Origin: Macrostomum hystrix
Lineage: Eukaryota; Animalia; Platyhelminthes
Assembly: GCA_950097015.1 (NCBI GenBank)
Contig: CATNEN010000001.1
Location: forward strand, 17,174,001 to 17,238,000
DNA: 64,000 nucleotides
Direction: 5' to 3'
The position numbers and the translations under genes were made by a program. Of the stretch, positions 36,800-49,507 are shown piece by piece. The notes beneath the pieces were generated by a model, which saw only the letters and a list, made by a program, of their open reading frames with translations, had not been told where the DNA came from and ran no database searches. The first letter of the stretch is position 1. Each line of letters starts with the position of its first letter.

Positions 36800-36975
36800 C
36801 GCACTCAGAGCGTCGGACTCACGACATAAATGTCAGGTGGTTCAATTCTCGACTCCAGATTAATGGAACCGCTTGTGCCCAATTTAGCACGGCCTTGATT
36901 GTACATTGCTTCAGTTCGTCTAGCTGTTAAATGAGACACAACATTAGTTGGGGTAATCGGGAGTGGCGGCCCTTA
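36800..36975 (+). mobile_element. Degenerate family-1 SINE
   Basis: AGAGCGTCGGACTC...GGTTCAATTCTCGAC...CATTGCTTCAGTTC..CTAGCTGTTAAATG matches the reverse complement of the 45908-46222 copy. Confidence 0.65.
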
Positions 36976-36980
36976 CATTC

Positions 36981-37200
36981 TCACATTACGTCCAAACAAG
37001 ACAAAACAAACATCAATCCTGCAGCTAACCCAAAATGGAAATAGTTTCCAGGCTGCACACAGCGTAGAGAAAGAGTTCGGGGTGTCGACAACAGGCTGCG
37101 GTAGTCCCGAGGAAGTTGTGGAAACCTGCTATTCAGACGCTGCAGCAAGTCATTCACAGATGATGTCAGATTTTGTGACAGTGCCCATGAACGCAGAATG
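36981..37200 (-). pseudogene. Fragment of EnSpm/CACTA-like DNA transposase N-terminal region
   Basis: LRSWAL...LLQRL...LPRDYRSLLSTPR......GNYFHFGL matches the L..WA...LP.D.RTLL.TP...G.Y.HFGL pattern I recall from animal EnSpm-like transposases; isolated and truncated. Confidence 0.6.
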
Positions 37201-38957
37201 CACGGAACATTTTTAACATTTAACATTTATTGCTATTGACTTATAAAAATGCACTTAGCCCAGTTCAGCCAAAAATTCTATTGTTTCTTAATTTTTTGAT
37301 GGATTTAAAAAAAACTGGCAGAATTACTCAAAACGAGCTCCTTAACATTTTAGATTTCGTATCTGTAAAAGCTCATCTTGCTATAATAATAACCTAAAGA
37401 GCCGCGCCAGATAACTGAGCCAGATCACATGCGCTAAGTTGATGTTGCTCTAAGTTTCATTTCCTTGTTTTTGCTACTGAATTGTCTCGAATTGTGGAAG
37501 AGAATTATAATATTTTTAATTTTGTAGTTTAACCTCGTTACTTTCCGTCTACTTAATTGGGAATCGAGTTCACGCACCAATTTAACATAATACAGAGTTC
37601 ATAATTTATTTTTTTATTGAGAATGTGTAGTGTATTTCTTCCGATATGCTTTGATGTCATTTTGTTTTTAATTTTTATTATTGAGGTTCTGATATTATTA
37701 TTTTAGCTAGTCTTGGTATTATCATTTTAGTTTTCATCAATTCAACTGATTAGTTGCAAAAAGTTAATTGTCCTTATGATAGAATTACAACCAGTCTCTA
37801 TAAAATGTATTCATTTAGTGTACTTTTTTAATATAATTTTTTAGGTTAGGCGTACCAAAAAGAGTTTCAGTCAATACTTTACTATGGCCACATAGTAAAG
37901 TACTACCAAATATTAATTGATTTAAAATCGAGACCTCAGTTTTATATAAATGCCTTACTATATAAAGATCAGATTATATTAGAGTAGACTATAGATTAAA
38001 TCTTAGCACTGTCAGCTGTTTGAATTTCAGCCCTTAATGCCCTAAGGTTGTAGTTAAAAGAATATTTCAGCTTTATAGAATAGGTATATAGTCTATCATG
38101 TTTTTTGTGATTTACCAAAGCTTTATTGATTTTTTTGCTAGTAGGCCTAACTTTACTCTTAGTCTTGGCTCTTGGCCTAAAATTGAGGCTTTTAAAGGAT
38201 GAAATAAGGCCTAGAAAATACATTTGTCATAAGTGTGAAAACGAGATATTCTAGACTAGATATGTTAGCCTTGTCAAATTCATTATTTAACTTGATGACT
38301 AACATATCTAGTGTCTGGCACTTTTGCTTGATGTCATGGCACACTCACTAGGTCAGGATGAAAGAACTTGACTCACCATGCACTTACATAAAACAGCCAG
38401 TGCAATCCAAAGCAAGGATATCTAGAAAGCATGTAATCCTATCTTTCTATTCTTTTATTGTCATAAAACAAAAAATTAATCTTTTTAAGACTTAGTAGCT
38501 GAATAGTTTTTAAGGAGCTACCGTATAAACAATTGCTCTTTGTTTAGTTTAACTTAAAATTTTATTTCAAGTTTCTTTTCATTGCTATTAGCAGTAGCTT
38601 TCTTTGACACCTTTGTCTAACTTAGTTTGTGAGTTTAAAGTGTCAAGCTTCAGTGTTATTTACGTATTTACTTTTTGTTTTTTTGTATAGATGCTTATAG
38701 TATTAGTGATTCTAAGGGATTGGCTAAACATTTATAAGCTTCATTGTATAGAAAAACATGTCACAAATAAAAATGCTTAAGAAAAAATCTTTTGCATTTT
38801 ATGAAATCAAGCAGTTTTTAATGGATAGTACAAACTTTAGTAGCTTTATTTTAACTTGAGTATTTAGTTCACTTATAATGTACAGCTCTGATGATCTAAT
38901 GAAAGCATATCTATGATTAAAAAATGCAATTGCAGAAGCACAGGTTCAGTAGTTATC

Positions 38958-41900
38958 ATGGACAGCAGTGAAATAAGTTTCACTAGTGACATGGCTAGTG
39001 TGGCTGTTCAAACAATACCAACTCGCAAGACTGATCAGAGCTCACTGGAACTGGCCAACCCTGCCATGGATCACATGTTCAAAGAGTTGGAGGCCAATGT
39101 AATGGCATCTTTAATTGGCATTGAAGAGATGAATCGACAGCTGAAGGCAGACAAAGAAAGGCAAGAACGCGAACGAGAGACTGAGTTTGTGCCAAAACCT
39201 TTAAAAGGTGATGGCAGCAAAGCTATGGGCGATGCTCTTGATCAGGTGAGTATATGTCGATTCAAAGCATCAATTAATTAGCTTCTGTCTAATAAATCAA
39301 AGTCCGCCTGTCAATCGATCGCCTGTCATCCAGTCAAGACAGTCCCAATCAATCACCTGTCATTCAGTCAAGACAGTCCCAATCAATCACCTGTCATTCA
39401 GTCAAGACAGTCCCAATCAATCACCTGTCATTCAGTCAAGACAGTCCCAATCAATCATCTGTCATTCAGTCAAGACAGTCCCAATCAATCACCTGTCATT
39501 CAGTCAAGACAGTCCCAATCAATCACCTGTCATTCAGTCAAGACAGTCCCAATCAATCACCTATCATTCAGTCAAGACAGTCCAGACATTCCCATCTAAT
39601 TCCACAGCTACAGCGGAGCCTTCTGAGTCGGTTCTCATCTGCGCGCGGCATCGCCGGACCAGCCGTCCCAGCTGCGGCCATCTCGGCTTGGCTGTCCAGC
39701 TGCAGTAGTCGCGCCGCCGTTCAGCAGCTTGGCCGGCGGTCTCGCGTGGAAGTTTCTGATTGGCTGGCAGATTTACTGCTGGGACAGGCGAGTGACTCGG
39801 CTCGCGTGCAATTCCGCTTGCACTGGGGTGACGAATTGGATTCTTTGCGGCTGGCTTGTCGACAAGCTCTTTTGGAGGCCTACAGTGTCGGCCCCAACCA
39901 GTTGGATGACGGCCTGCATCAGGCTATGCTGAAGAGACCGCCAATCGTTTATCTGCATCCGCGCTACTGTTCAGCTAGTCAGGTGGAAGCTCTGGCTGTT
40001 CAATTGTGCCTACCAATGTCGGCCTTCGATTGTCAAGAACTGTCCTCTGATGGTACTGTGTCGCCTGCAACTCTTGCTGAAGCAATGGACTCCATGGCCA
40101 ACTCCAAGAGGCCTCTACTAGTTCAGGCCGTGTGCGGCTCCAGCGGCCTCGGAGAACTGTCCGAATTGTGCCGCAGTCGCGGCGTCTGGCTGCACGCCCA
40201 GGGCGCCAGGCTGGCTGGCGAGGCTTCGACCGTCTTGAAGAATCAAGAGCTCGCGCCAGATTCCGCTTGCTTTGACTTCAGTCACCTGTTTGGCCTATTC
40301 GGCCTGCCCAGGATTACCTGGATAAATCGGTCCGAGTTTTCTGATCAGAATGGACTCGACAATGGCTGCGAAGATGAGGATGCCGAGCTGCTACTGTGGC
40401 TGCCAGCTTGGCTAGCTATGCAGCGAATAGGCCGCGAATCGGCATTGAATCGGCCGGCTCGAGTCAGGGCCTGCCTGCAACAATTCACCCAGCTGTTGCT
40501 GGAGCATCAGGGGCTGCTGATTCAAGTAGCCAGCGCCGATCCTGACGAGCTGCTCTTCGGCTGCTGCGAATCCGCCGACGGTGGCGACTGGCTCAACGCC
40601 GAGACTCGCTGGCTAGTTGAATCACTGTCGGCTGCCGCTGCCACAGCCGAGAATGGCGACTCGTTTCATCTGACTTTAAAGGCCACGCCAGCCAGGGCTG
40701 ACGATCGGGCCAAGCAGTTTGACAGCGTCAGCCCGAGTCCGCGCCTGCTTGGCCGATACCGTCCGCAGGATGAAGCCCAGCTGCCTGGCAAACAGGATTT
40801 TCAAATCCTTGCCGGAGCTCTGAAGGACGGCTTGCAACTCCTAGCCGCTACTAGGGAGCTGAGGCCCGAGTTTCTGAGGCTAGTCGGTGAGTCTGAGCAG
40901 TGTGGCTGTTTCTGAGGCTAGTCGGTGAGTCTGAGCAGTGTGGATGTTTCTGAGGCTAGTCGGTGAGTGAGTCTGAGCAGTGTGGCTGTTTCTAAGGCTA
41001 GTCGATGAGTTTGAGCAGTGTTGGGGTGTTTCTGAGGCTAGTCAGTGAGTTTAGCAGTATGGGTTTTTCTGAGGCTAGTCAGTGAGTTTGAGCAGTGTGT
41101 TTCTGAGGCTAGTCAGTGATTTTGAGCAGTGTGTTTCTAAGGCTAGTCAGTGAGTTTGAGCTGTGTGTTTCTAAGGCTAGTCAGTGAGTTTGAGCAGGGT
41201 GTTTCTGAGGTTAGTCATTGAGTGTGTGTTAGTGTGTGTTGCTGTTGCTGCTAATTTTGAGCAGTGTTGAGCAGTGTTGAGCAGTGGCAGCCGACAGTGA
41301 TTCAACTAGCCAGCGAGTTTAAGCAGTGTGTGTTTCTGAGGCTGTTGAGTTTAAGCAGTGTGTGTTACTGAGGCTGTTGAGTTTAAGCAGTGTGTGTTTC
41401 TGAGGCTGTTGAGTTTAAGCAGTGTGTGTTACTGAGGCTGTTGAGTTTAAGCAGTGTGTGTTTCTGAGGCTGTTGAGTTTAAGCAGTGTGTGTTTCTGAG
41501 GCTGTTGAGTTTAAGCAGTGTGTGTTTCTGAGGCTGTTGAGTTTAAGCAGTGTGTGTTTCTGAGGCTGTTGAGTTCGAGAATTAGTTTTTTAAGGCTCTG
41601 AGAGTTACAATAATTTTCAAAAAATCCGAACTACCGGTTCCCGCAGTTGCCAGCCCAAACCTGCAGCCGGTGCCGCTGACCGATTGGCCCGGTCTGGGCG
41701 CCGTCCGTTACTCAGGCCAGGCCGCGAACTCTGGCGCCTTGAATCGCGCACTCTTCGAAGCTCTGCAGAGCGAGGATGCCGGCTTCACCTGGGGCGCTGA
41801 ACCTGGCGGTGGCGAAGCTGGTGCAAGCGGCTGTCTCAGATTCGGTCTGGTGCCACCCGAAGCCGACATCGCCGGTATGATCGCCGCTGTGCTGCGTGTT

Positions 41901-42185
41901 GGCGCGATATGTGACGAAAAAGTTCTAGCCGAGGAGGCCATTGTGGCCACCCTGCGGCAAGGCATTGAAGCTGTGGAGCAAAGTCTGGCCAATGAGGAGC
42001 GGGAGAGGCTGGAGCAGGAGGGCCTGCTCAGGCAGCTGCCGTTTGTTGACTCGCTGGTCAACTGGTGGTCTCCGCTGCCGCCTCGGCCACCGCTGCCAGG
42101 CGCGGCCCTGAGTCTAAACAGCGGCCAGCTGACTAGCACCGAACTCACCTATCGCTACAAGGTGCAGTTTGCTCAAGGCAAGTGA
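38958..42185 (+). CDS. PDXDC1: Pyridoxal-dependent decarboxylase domain-containing protein 1-like, 3 exons, ~701 aa
   Basis: Exons 38958-39245, 39608-40886, 41647-42185 (phases 0, 1). Motifs GVWLHAQG, WPGLGAVRY, CLRFGLV, RQGIEAVE..L..E..ERL.QEGLLRQLPFVDSLVNWWSP, L..TELTYRY. Start tentative. Confidence 0.88.
39330..39582. repeat. Minisatellite (CAGTCAAGACAGTCCCAATCAATCACCTGTCATT)n in PDXDC1 intron 1
   Basis: About 7 tandem units of ~34 bp. Confidence 0.92.
40870..41575. repeat. 38-bp to ~31-bp minisatellite derived from the PDXDC1 exon2/intron2 junction
   Basis: First unit GTTTCTGAGGCTAGTCG|GTGAGTCTGAGCAGTGTGGCT spans the donor; copies at 40908 and 40946, then progressive drift. Confidence 0.92.
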
Positions 42186-42249
42186 GCTCGACTGGAGACT
42201 TGCATCGCGCTGACCGATTGTCGTCAGCGACTTATCAGATGTACTTGCC

Positions 42250-43233
42250 TAAAGTTTCACTGACCCTGACGTTTTTTGGCTTCCTGAAGTTTCACCCACC
42301 CTGAAGTTTTACTCTCTCTCTGAAGTTTCAGACGTCCTGAAGTTTCAGACTTCCTGAAGTTTCACTCTTCCTGAAGTTTCACTCTTCCTGAAGTTTCGCT
42401 GTTCCTGAAGTTTCATTCTTTCTGAAGTTTCATTCTTTCTGAAGAAGTTTCACTCTTCCTGAAGTTTCATTCTTTCTGAAGTTTCATTTTTTCTGAAGTT
42501 TCACTCTTCCTGAAGTTTCACCCACCCTGAAGTTTCACTCTCTCTCTGAAGTTTCAGACGTCCTGAAGTTTCAGACTTCCTGAAGTTTCAGACTTCCTGA
42601 AGTTTCACTCTTCCTGAAGTTTCACTCTTCCTGAAGTTTCACTCTTCCTGAAGTTTCACTGTTCCTGAAGTTTCATTCTTTATGAAGTTTCATTCTTTAT
42701 GAAGTTTCATTCTTTATGAAGTTTCATTCTTTCTGAAGTTTCAGTATTCCTGAAGTTTCAGTATTCCTGAAGTTTCACTCTTCCTGAAGTTTCATTCTTT
42801 CTGAAGTTTCATTCTTTCTGAAGTTTCATTCTTTCTGAAGTTTCATTCTTTCTGAAGTTTCATTCTTTCTGAAGTTTCATTCTTTCTGAAGTTTCATTCT
42901 TTCTGAAGTTTCATTCTTTCTGAAGTTTCATTCTTTCTGAAGTTTCATTCTTCCTGAAGTTTCATTCTTCCTGAAGTTTCATTATTCCTGAAGTTTCATT
43001 CTTCCTGAAGTTTCATTCTTCCTGAAGTTTCATTTTTTCTGAAGTTTCATTCTTCCTGAAGTTTCATTCTTTCTTAAGTTCACTCTTTCTGAAGTTTCAT
43101 TCTTTCTGAAGTTTCATTCTTTCTGAAGTTTCATTCTTTCTGAAGTTTCATTCTTTCTGAAGTTTCATTCTTTCTGAAGTTTCATTCTTCCTGAAGTTTC
43201 ATTCTTTCTGAAGTTTCACTCTTCCTGAAGTTT
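42250..43233. repeat. 17-bp minisatellite (CTGAAGTTTCATTCTTT / CTGAAGTTTCACTCTTC)n downstream of PDXDC1
   Basis: Tandem units; same family as 46905-47360. Confidence 0.95.
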
Positions 43234-43685
43234 TATGCTTACCGATGTCTTAATTATATATCACACTTTCTCATATTCGTGCTTGCAGTTGTTTTGTTTT
43301 GCTTGTTCTGGTTGTAAATCATTAAATTATGACATGATTAATCATGCTACAAAATCACATGTACTTCCCATTTTTCTAAGCCCTTGCTTTTTTAAAAGCA
43401 GATTTTTACTTTATCGTTTTGTCAATTTTCTTCCATCTTCAAACACTCCAGGTGCTAAAAAACTTTATGACAACAAACGCTATACACACTAGTTTTGCTA
43501 AATTATACTGAGTAGTAGTTAACTTTTACATTCCAATGTGACTTGTCTTAACTTTAATTTCTTGTTTAATCCAACCTATATAATTAGGCGTAAAATCGTT
43601 ATTCCGCCAAGGGATTTTTTGTAAGACTTCATTTTAGGAATATCTAAGATTCGAACTCCCGACTTCTCACTCATAATTTCAGACC

Positions 43686-44881
43686 ATGTTCCTGGCTAGA
43701 AGCGGCTTCGGCGCCACTCTGGCCTCGGTTGCTAGGGGCAATGGATTGCGTCAGTTGTGCTGCGCAGCCGCTGGCAACTATAAAAACATTCTTGTAGAAA
43801 AGAAAGGCGACAAGAATCAGGTCGGCTTTGTCAGGCTGAATAGGCCGAAGGCTCTAAACTCGCTCTGTGACGACCTATTGCGAGAGCTCAACGTCGCTTT
43901 GAAAGCCTTCGATGTCGATCCAACTGTCAAGGTAAGTGGAGCTCCTACTTTTTCTAGAAGGTAAAATGCGAACTAGTCTACTATAAGTAAAAATATTAAC
44001 ATCTTATCACATCTTCGTTAATCAGATTTTTGTACTGAATACTGACGATACCCCTCGATAAATCATGCTACCCCTCGATAAATCATGCTACCCTATCGAT
44101 AAATCATGCTACCCCTCGATAAATCATGCTACCCCTCGATAAATCATGCTACCCCTCGATAAATCATACTACCCCTCGATAAATCATGCTACCCTTCGAT
44201 AATTTTTGCTACCACCTATATTTTTCAGCGATTTATTTTTGCCCATTCCTCTTCCAGGCCATTGTACTGACGGGTAGTACGAAGGCCTTCGCCGCTGGCG
44301 CCGACATCAAGGAGATGCAGCCGAAGACCTATTCCAGCGTGTTCGGCGGCAACTTCATCAACGACTGGACGGACATGCTGCGCATTCGCAAGCCAATCAT
44401 AGCGGCTGTGAATGGCTACGCACTGGGAGGCGGCTGCGAGTTGGCGATGATGTGCGACATTATCTACGCTGGCGAGTCGGCCAAGTTCGGCCAGCCGGAG
44501 ATCCGGTTGGGCACCATCCCTGGCGCTGGCGGTACACAGCGACTGCCCAGAGCTGTTGGCAAGAGCAAAGCCATGGAGCTGTGCCTCACTGGCGACATGA
44601 TCAGCGCCTCGGAGGCGCAGTCAGCCGGTCTGGTTAGCAAAGTGCTGCCAGTCGATAAGCTGGAGTCCGCAGCTATCGACCTGGCCGAACGCATCGGCAA
44701 GATGTCTCTGATGGCAATCTATGCCATTAAGGAGAGCATCAATGCCGCTTACGATTCGCCCCTGTCCCAGGGCCTGCTGCTGGAGCGGCGACTGTTCCAC
44801 GGCACATTCGGCACCAAGGATCGGGCCGAGGGAATGTCGGCCTTCACTGAGAAGCGAGCCGCCGATTTCAAGGACGAGTAG
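43686..44881 (+). CDS. ECHS1: Mitochondrial short-chain enoyl-CoA hydratase, 2 exons, 289 aa
   Basis: Exons 43686-43931 and 44258-44881. Presequence-like N-terminus; [52 protein letters not shown]. Confidence 0.97.
44051..44210. repeat. ~20-bp minisatellite (CCCCTCGATAAATCATGCTA)n in ECHS1 intron
   Basis: About 7 units visible. Confidence 0.92.
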
Positions 44882-45137
44882 AACCGGATTTGTTGACCTT
44901 CGCCATTCATAACTCACCCACTGTTAGCTTTGTTTACACCTATCCATTTTGAATGATAATGGTTATAAAATTTGTTATTTTTCAAATACACGATCGATCG
45001 ATTTAATTCTAGTTGATGTCATATTGTCTACTAGTAATGTGTAGCATGAAAAAAATGGATTTTTTCCTTGAACAGGCCCTCATTATTTCGAAGCGCAACA
45101 TTACATTGTTTCCGGAGGTTCTCTTAAATCTGCACTT

Positions 45138-45263
<126 letters not shown>

Positions 45264-45325
45264 GAGTTCTGTCCAGTTGCTAAAAGTAGAAACATCAACT
45301 TGACGGCAGTCGCTTCTGCCCGCAG

Positions 45326-46774
45326 ACGCAGCCGCGAGTCAGCCTTCCGCCGCTGCGTCCGCTTGCCGACTTTGCGCCGTTATTCGGCGAGGCTGGCAGG
45401 TTCCACCTGCCGGATTTGCTGTCGGAGTGGAGTCGCTGTTTAGAACGAATGCGGCACAATCTGGTGCTGTATCAGACTAACTACCTGCTCTGTCTGGTTA
45501 TTGGTTGGCTGCTGCTGCTGCTAGCCAGACCTGAGGAAGTTCTTGTAGGCCTGGCTGGCATCGGTGCTGTGCTGTGCCTGCTATTTGGCAGGCGCCGGTT
45601 TAGTTCTACTGGACAGGTTAAATCTCCCTTCTCGGGTTCAGTCCAAGGCAGACAATCTGTGTAGACAACCGGGTAGAACGACCACGGGGTATTTCAAAAA
45701 ATTTTCAAATGTGGGCATTTAACGATTCTCGGGTGGCAAAAATCACACAAATAGGCAAAATGGGCGGCTTTGAAAGTTTTTTCATCGTTAAGTGCGGAAA
45801 ATATTGTTCTATGTGGTGGACTTTCACGAAAATCGGTCATTCGGTTAGGGAGCTTTCGGGAAGTTGGCAGCGGGTATCTGAAATACCCCCGTGGAGTTTC
45901 TACTGGTAAATAATAATAATTAATAAATAATTGATTACACCTGTCCGATTGGGCCAGATGTGCAGCCGACGGCACAGCCGCAGCTATTGCGCGGCGCATC
46001 TGAAGGCTGCGTACGGCTGTTCAGTCCATGGACTGGGGGGACGCCACACCCACCTTCAATTATCCCAGCGGATGCTGGTACCCATTTAACAGCTGGGTGA
46101 ACTGAAGCAATGCAGAGTTAAGTGCCTTTGCTAAAGGACACAAATTGTTACGGTAGTCAGGAATCGAACCCCCGACCTTTAAGTCGCGAGTCCGACGCTC
46201 TAACCAGAAGGCTACAAGCTCTCTGTGAAAGCACTTCCCATCACTTCAGTTCACTTAGATGTCAAATTTGATGCAGCATTTGTTGAGTTACAACTTGGAG
46301 TTGGCGAAACTCCACCCCACACCTGTCCACGGACTGAACAGCTGTACACAGCCTTAGGAAGGGACGGCTTTGTTGAGTCTGTGAATGCTTGTGTTCGTCT
46401 ATGAATTAGGAGTTTTGACCCAGTTTCGATCGATTCCTTAATAATCTTATTAAATTATTTGCTATGCAGAGTTTTTAAGAGCCGAGAAATCGAATAGTCT
46501 ATGGTTGAAACCCATAATTTCAACTCAGGCTGCGCGAGCACTACCATTGGCCAGCTGTTCAATATTGCTATTATCCTACCTGCTCAAACCGGTGCTAATT
46601 GTGCTGGGGTCGGCTGTCTCAATGCTGCTCATGTGCCTGTTGCACTCGCTACTTCTTCGTCGGCGTCAGAAAGATTTGGCATTGTTAAGGGTGTCTGCTG
46701 TTGCTAAGGCGGTTGCTAAGGCAGGCGGCGGCTCCCCGACGGTCACGCCCATGGAGCTGCTGCTGGCCGTATGA
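45326..46774 (+). CDS. PRA1 family protein (PRAF2/ARL6IP5-like), 2 exons, no genomic start codon
   Basis: Exons 45326-45616 and 46529-46774 (phase 0). TQPRVSLPPLRPLADF...RFHLPD...RMRHNLVLYQTNY, hydrophobic segments, LLHSLL, TPMELLL; ~179 aa with an added Met. Confidence 0.85.
45671..45905. mobile_element. MITE with imperfect ~25-bp TIRs in PRAF intron
   Basis: GTAGAACGACCACGGGGTATTTCA ... TGAAATACCCCCGTGGAGTTTCTAC; partial inverted copy at ~56397-56545. Confidence 0.75.
45908..46222 (-). mobile_element. tRNA-derived CORE-like SINE, family 1, full length, abutting the MITE
   Basis: Highly similar to 13439-13759, including the (ATT)n tail and B-box. Confidence 0.9.
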
Positions 46775-46904
46775 TCTCAATGGCCCTTATGAATTAAACT
46801 TCGCCAGTCTGAAAGTATCCATCCACTCAACAGATTGGATTGATTCCCAATGTTTGATTCCAAACTTACAATTGTAAGATTTCATAATAATTCTTTCATC
46901 ATCA

Positions 46905-47360
46905 GGTTTCACGGTTCCTGAAACTTCACTGTTCCTGAAGTTTCAGTATTCCTGAAGTTTTACTCTTCCTGAAGTTTCAGTATTCCTGAAGTTTTACTCT
47001 TCCCGAAGTTTCACTGTTCCTGAAGTTTCACTCTTCCTGAAGTTTCACTGTTCCTGAAGTTTCACTCTTCCTGAAGTTTCGCTGTTACTGAAGTTTCGCT
47101 GTTACTGAAGTTTCGCTGTTACTGAAGTTTCGCTGTTACTGAAGTTTCACTATTCCTGAAGTTTCCGGCTTCCTGAAGTTTCCGGCTTCCTGAAGTTTCA
47201 CTGCTCCTGAAGTTTCACTCTCCCTGAAGTTTCAGGCTTCCTGAAGTTTCAGGCTTCTTGAAGTTTCAGGCTTCCTGAAGTTTCACTGTTCCTGAAGTTT
47301 CACTCTCCCTGAAGTTTTCCTTTCAGTATTCCTTTCTGCAACTCCCTGAAGTTTCAGACT
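46905..47360. repeat. 17-bp minisatellite (CCTGAAGTTTCACTGTT)n downstream of PRAF
   Basis: Same core TGAAGTTTC as 42250-43233. Confidence 0.95.
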
Positions 47361-47669
47361 CTATTGATTCCTTTTTCGTAAATTAAAATGTCACTCCAGC
47401 AATTTGGTACTTGTTAAGCAAATATCTATCTAGCCTTTATATAATTTCATAATTTAGATAATTACAGATATATCGCGTAATAATATTACATTTATTTAGA
47501 TTTTTCTTGGCCTTTGCTCCATTAAAAGCACATGTTTTGCTTTTTTGTCAATTTTCTTCCATTTTTAAGCACTTCAGTTGATAGGTGCTAAATAAACTTT
47601 ATGACAACAAAAGCTGGACACACTACTTTTGCTAAATTATACTGTGAGTAGTAGGGAAATAGAATTCTA

Positions 47670-49151
47670 GAATGGGGAAATGGGATTCGATAATTGGGGA
47701 AATGGGATTCAATAATTGGGGAAATGGGATAGGAGGATTGGGGAAATGGGATTAGAGAATTGGGGAAATGGGATAGGAGGATTGGGGAAATGGGATTAGA
47801 GAATTGGGGAAATGGGATAGGAGGATTGGGGAAATGGGATAGGAGGATTGGGGAAATGGGATAGGAGGATTGGGGAAATGGGATAGGAGGATTGGGGAAA
47901 TGGGATAGGAGGATTGGGGAAATGGGATAGGAGGATTGGGGAAATGGGATAGGAGGATTGGGGAAATGGGATAGGAGGATTGTGGAAATGGGATAGGAGG
48001 ATTGGAGAAATGGGATTCAATAATTGGGGAAATGGGATAGGAGGATTGGGGAAATGGGATTAGAGAATTGGGGAAATGGGATAGGAGAATTGGGGAAATG
48101 GGATTAGAGAATTGGGGAAATGGGATAGGAGGATTGGGGAAATGGAATAGGAGGATTGGAGAAATGGGATTAGAGAATTGGGGAAATGGGATAGGAGGAT
48201 TGGGGAAATGGGATTAGAGAATTGGGGAAATGGGATTAGAGAATTGGGGAAATGGGATAGGAGGATTGGGGAAATGGGATTAGAGAATTGAGGAAATGGG
48301 ATTGGAGAATTGGGGAAATGGGATTGGAGAATTGGGGAAATGGGATTGGAGAATTGGGGAAATGGGATTAGAGAATTGAGGAAATGGGATTGGAGAATTG
48401 GGGAAATGGGATTGGAGAATTGGGGAAATGGGATTAGAGAATTGAGGAAATTGGATTAGAGAATTGGGGAAATGGGATTAGAGAATTGGGGAAATGGGAT
48501 TAGAGAATAGGGGAAATGGGATAGGAGGATTGGGGAAATGGGATTAGAGAATTGAGGAAATGGGATTAGAGAATTGGGGAAATGGGATAAGAGAATAGGG
48601 GAAATGGGATAGGAGGATTGGGGAAATGGGATTAGAGAATTGAGGAAATGGGATTGGAGAATTGGGGAAATGGGATTGGAGAATTGGGGAAATGGGATTG
48701 GAGAATTGGGGAAATGGGATTAGAGAATTGAGGAAATGGGATTGGAGAATTGGGGAAATGGGATTGGAGAATTGGGGAAATGGGATTGGAGAATTGGGGA
48801 AATGGGATTAGAGAATTGAGGAAATGGGATTAGAGAATTGGGGAAATGGGATTAGAGAATTGAGGAAATGGGATTGGAGAATTGGGGAAATGGGATTGGA
48901 GAATTGGGGAAATGGGATTGGAGAATTGAGGAAATTGGATTAGAGAATTGGGGAAATGGGATTGGAGAATTGGGGAAATGGGATTGGAGAATTGGGGAAA
49001 TGGGATTGGAGAATTGGGGAAATGGGATTAGAGAATTGAGGAAATGGGATTAGAGAATTGGGGAAATGGGATTAGAGAATTGAGGAAATGGGATTGGAGA
49101 ATTGGGGAAATGGGATTGGAGAATTGGGGAAATGGGATTGGAGAATTGGGA
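47670..49151. repeat. 22-bp G-rich minisatellite (TTGGGGAAATGGGATTAGAGAA)n
   Basis: About 67 tandem units between the convergent PRAF and beta-tubulin 3' ends. Confidence 0.97.
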
Positions 49152-49507
49152 AGTCCGCATATTATTTTCTGTTACCTGCTGTTGCAATGCATTCTAAATA
49201 GCAAAAAGAATAGTTTTAGCTTGCGTAACAAAAATCAAGAAATGAAGAATCACTGACACTGACTAAAAGTAATCTAGTTGCCTTGAAATACAAAAGACAC
49301 TGATTTAATTTTCGCCATCAATAAAATTGGCAATCGATGCATTGCTACCTCTGTTAGTAGGTGTTTTACGAAGCCTATTTAAATGCCGCAGTTAATTACA
49401 GACAGAAATAAAATGCTACTCATGAAAAATTTCACGTCTCTTACGGCTTCTGAGCCAGGAATTGAGCAAATTAGGATTCGCGAATCACGCGAAAATTTGG
49501 AAACTGA

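Noticed and set aside
40255-40305. PDXDC1-like protein lacks the PLP-binding Lys motif (DSACFDFSHLFGL)
   Set aside because: As far as I recall, the canonical HK motif is also absent at this position in other PDXDC1 proteins, so this is not novel here.
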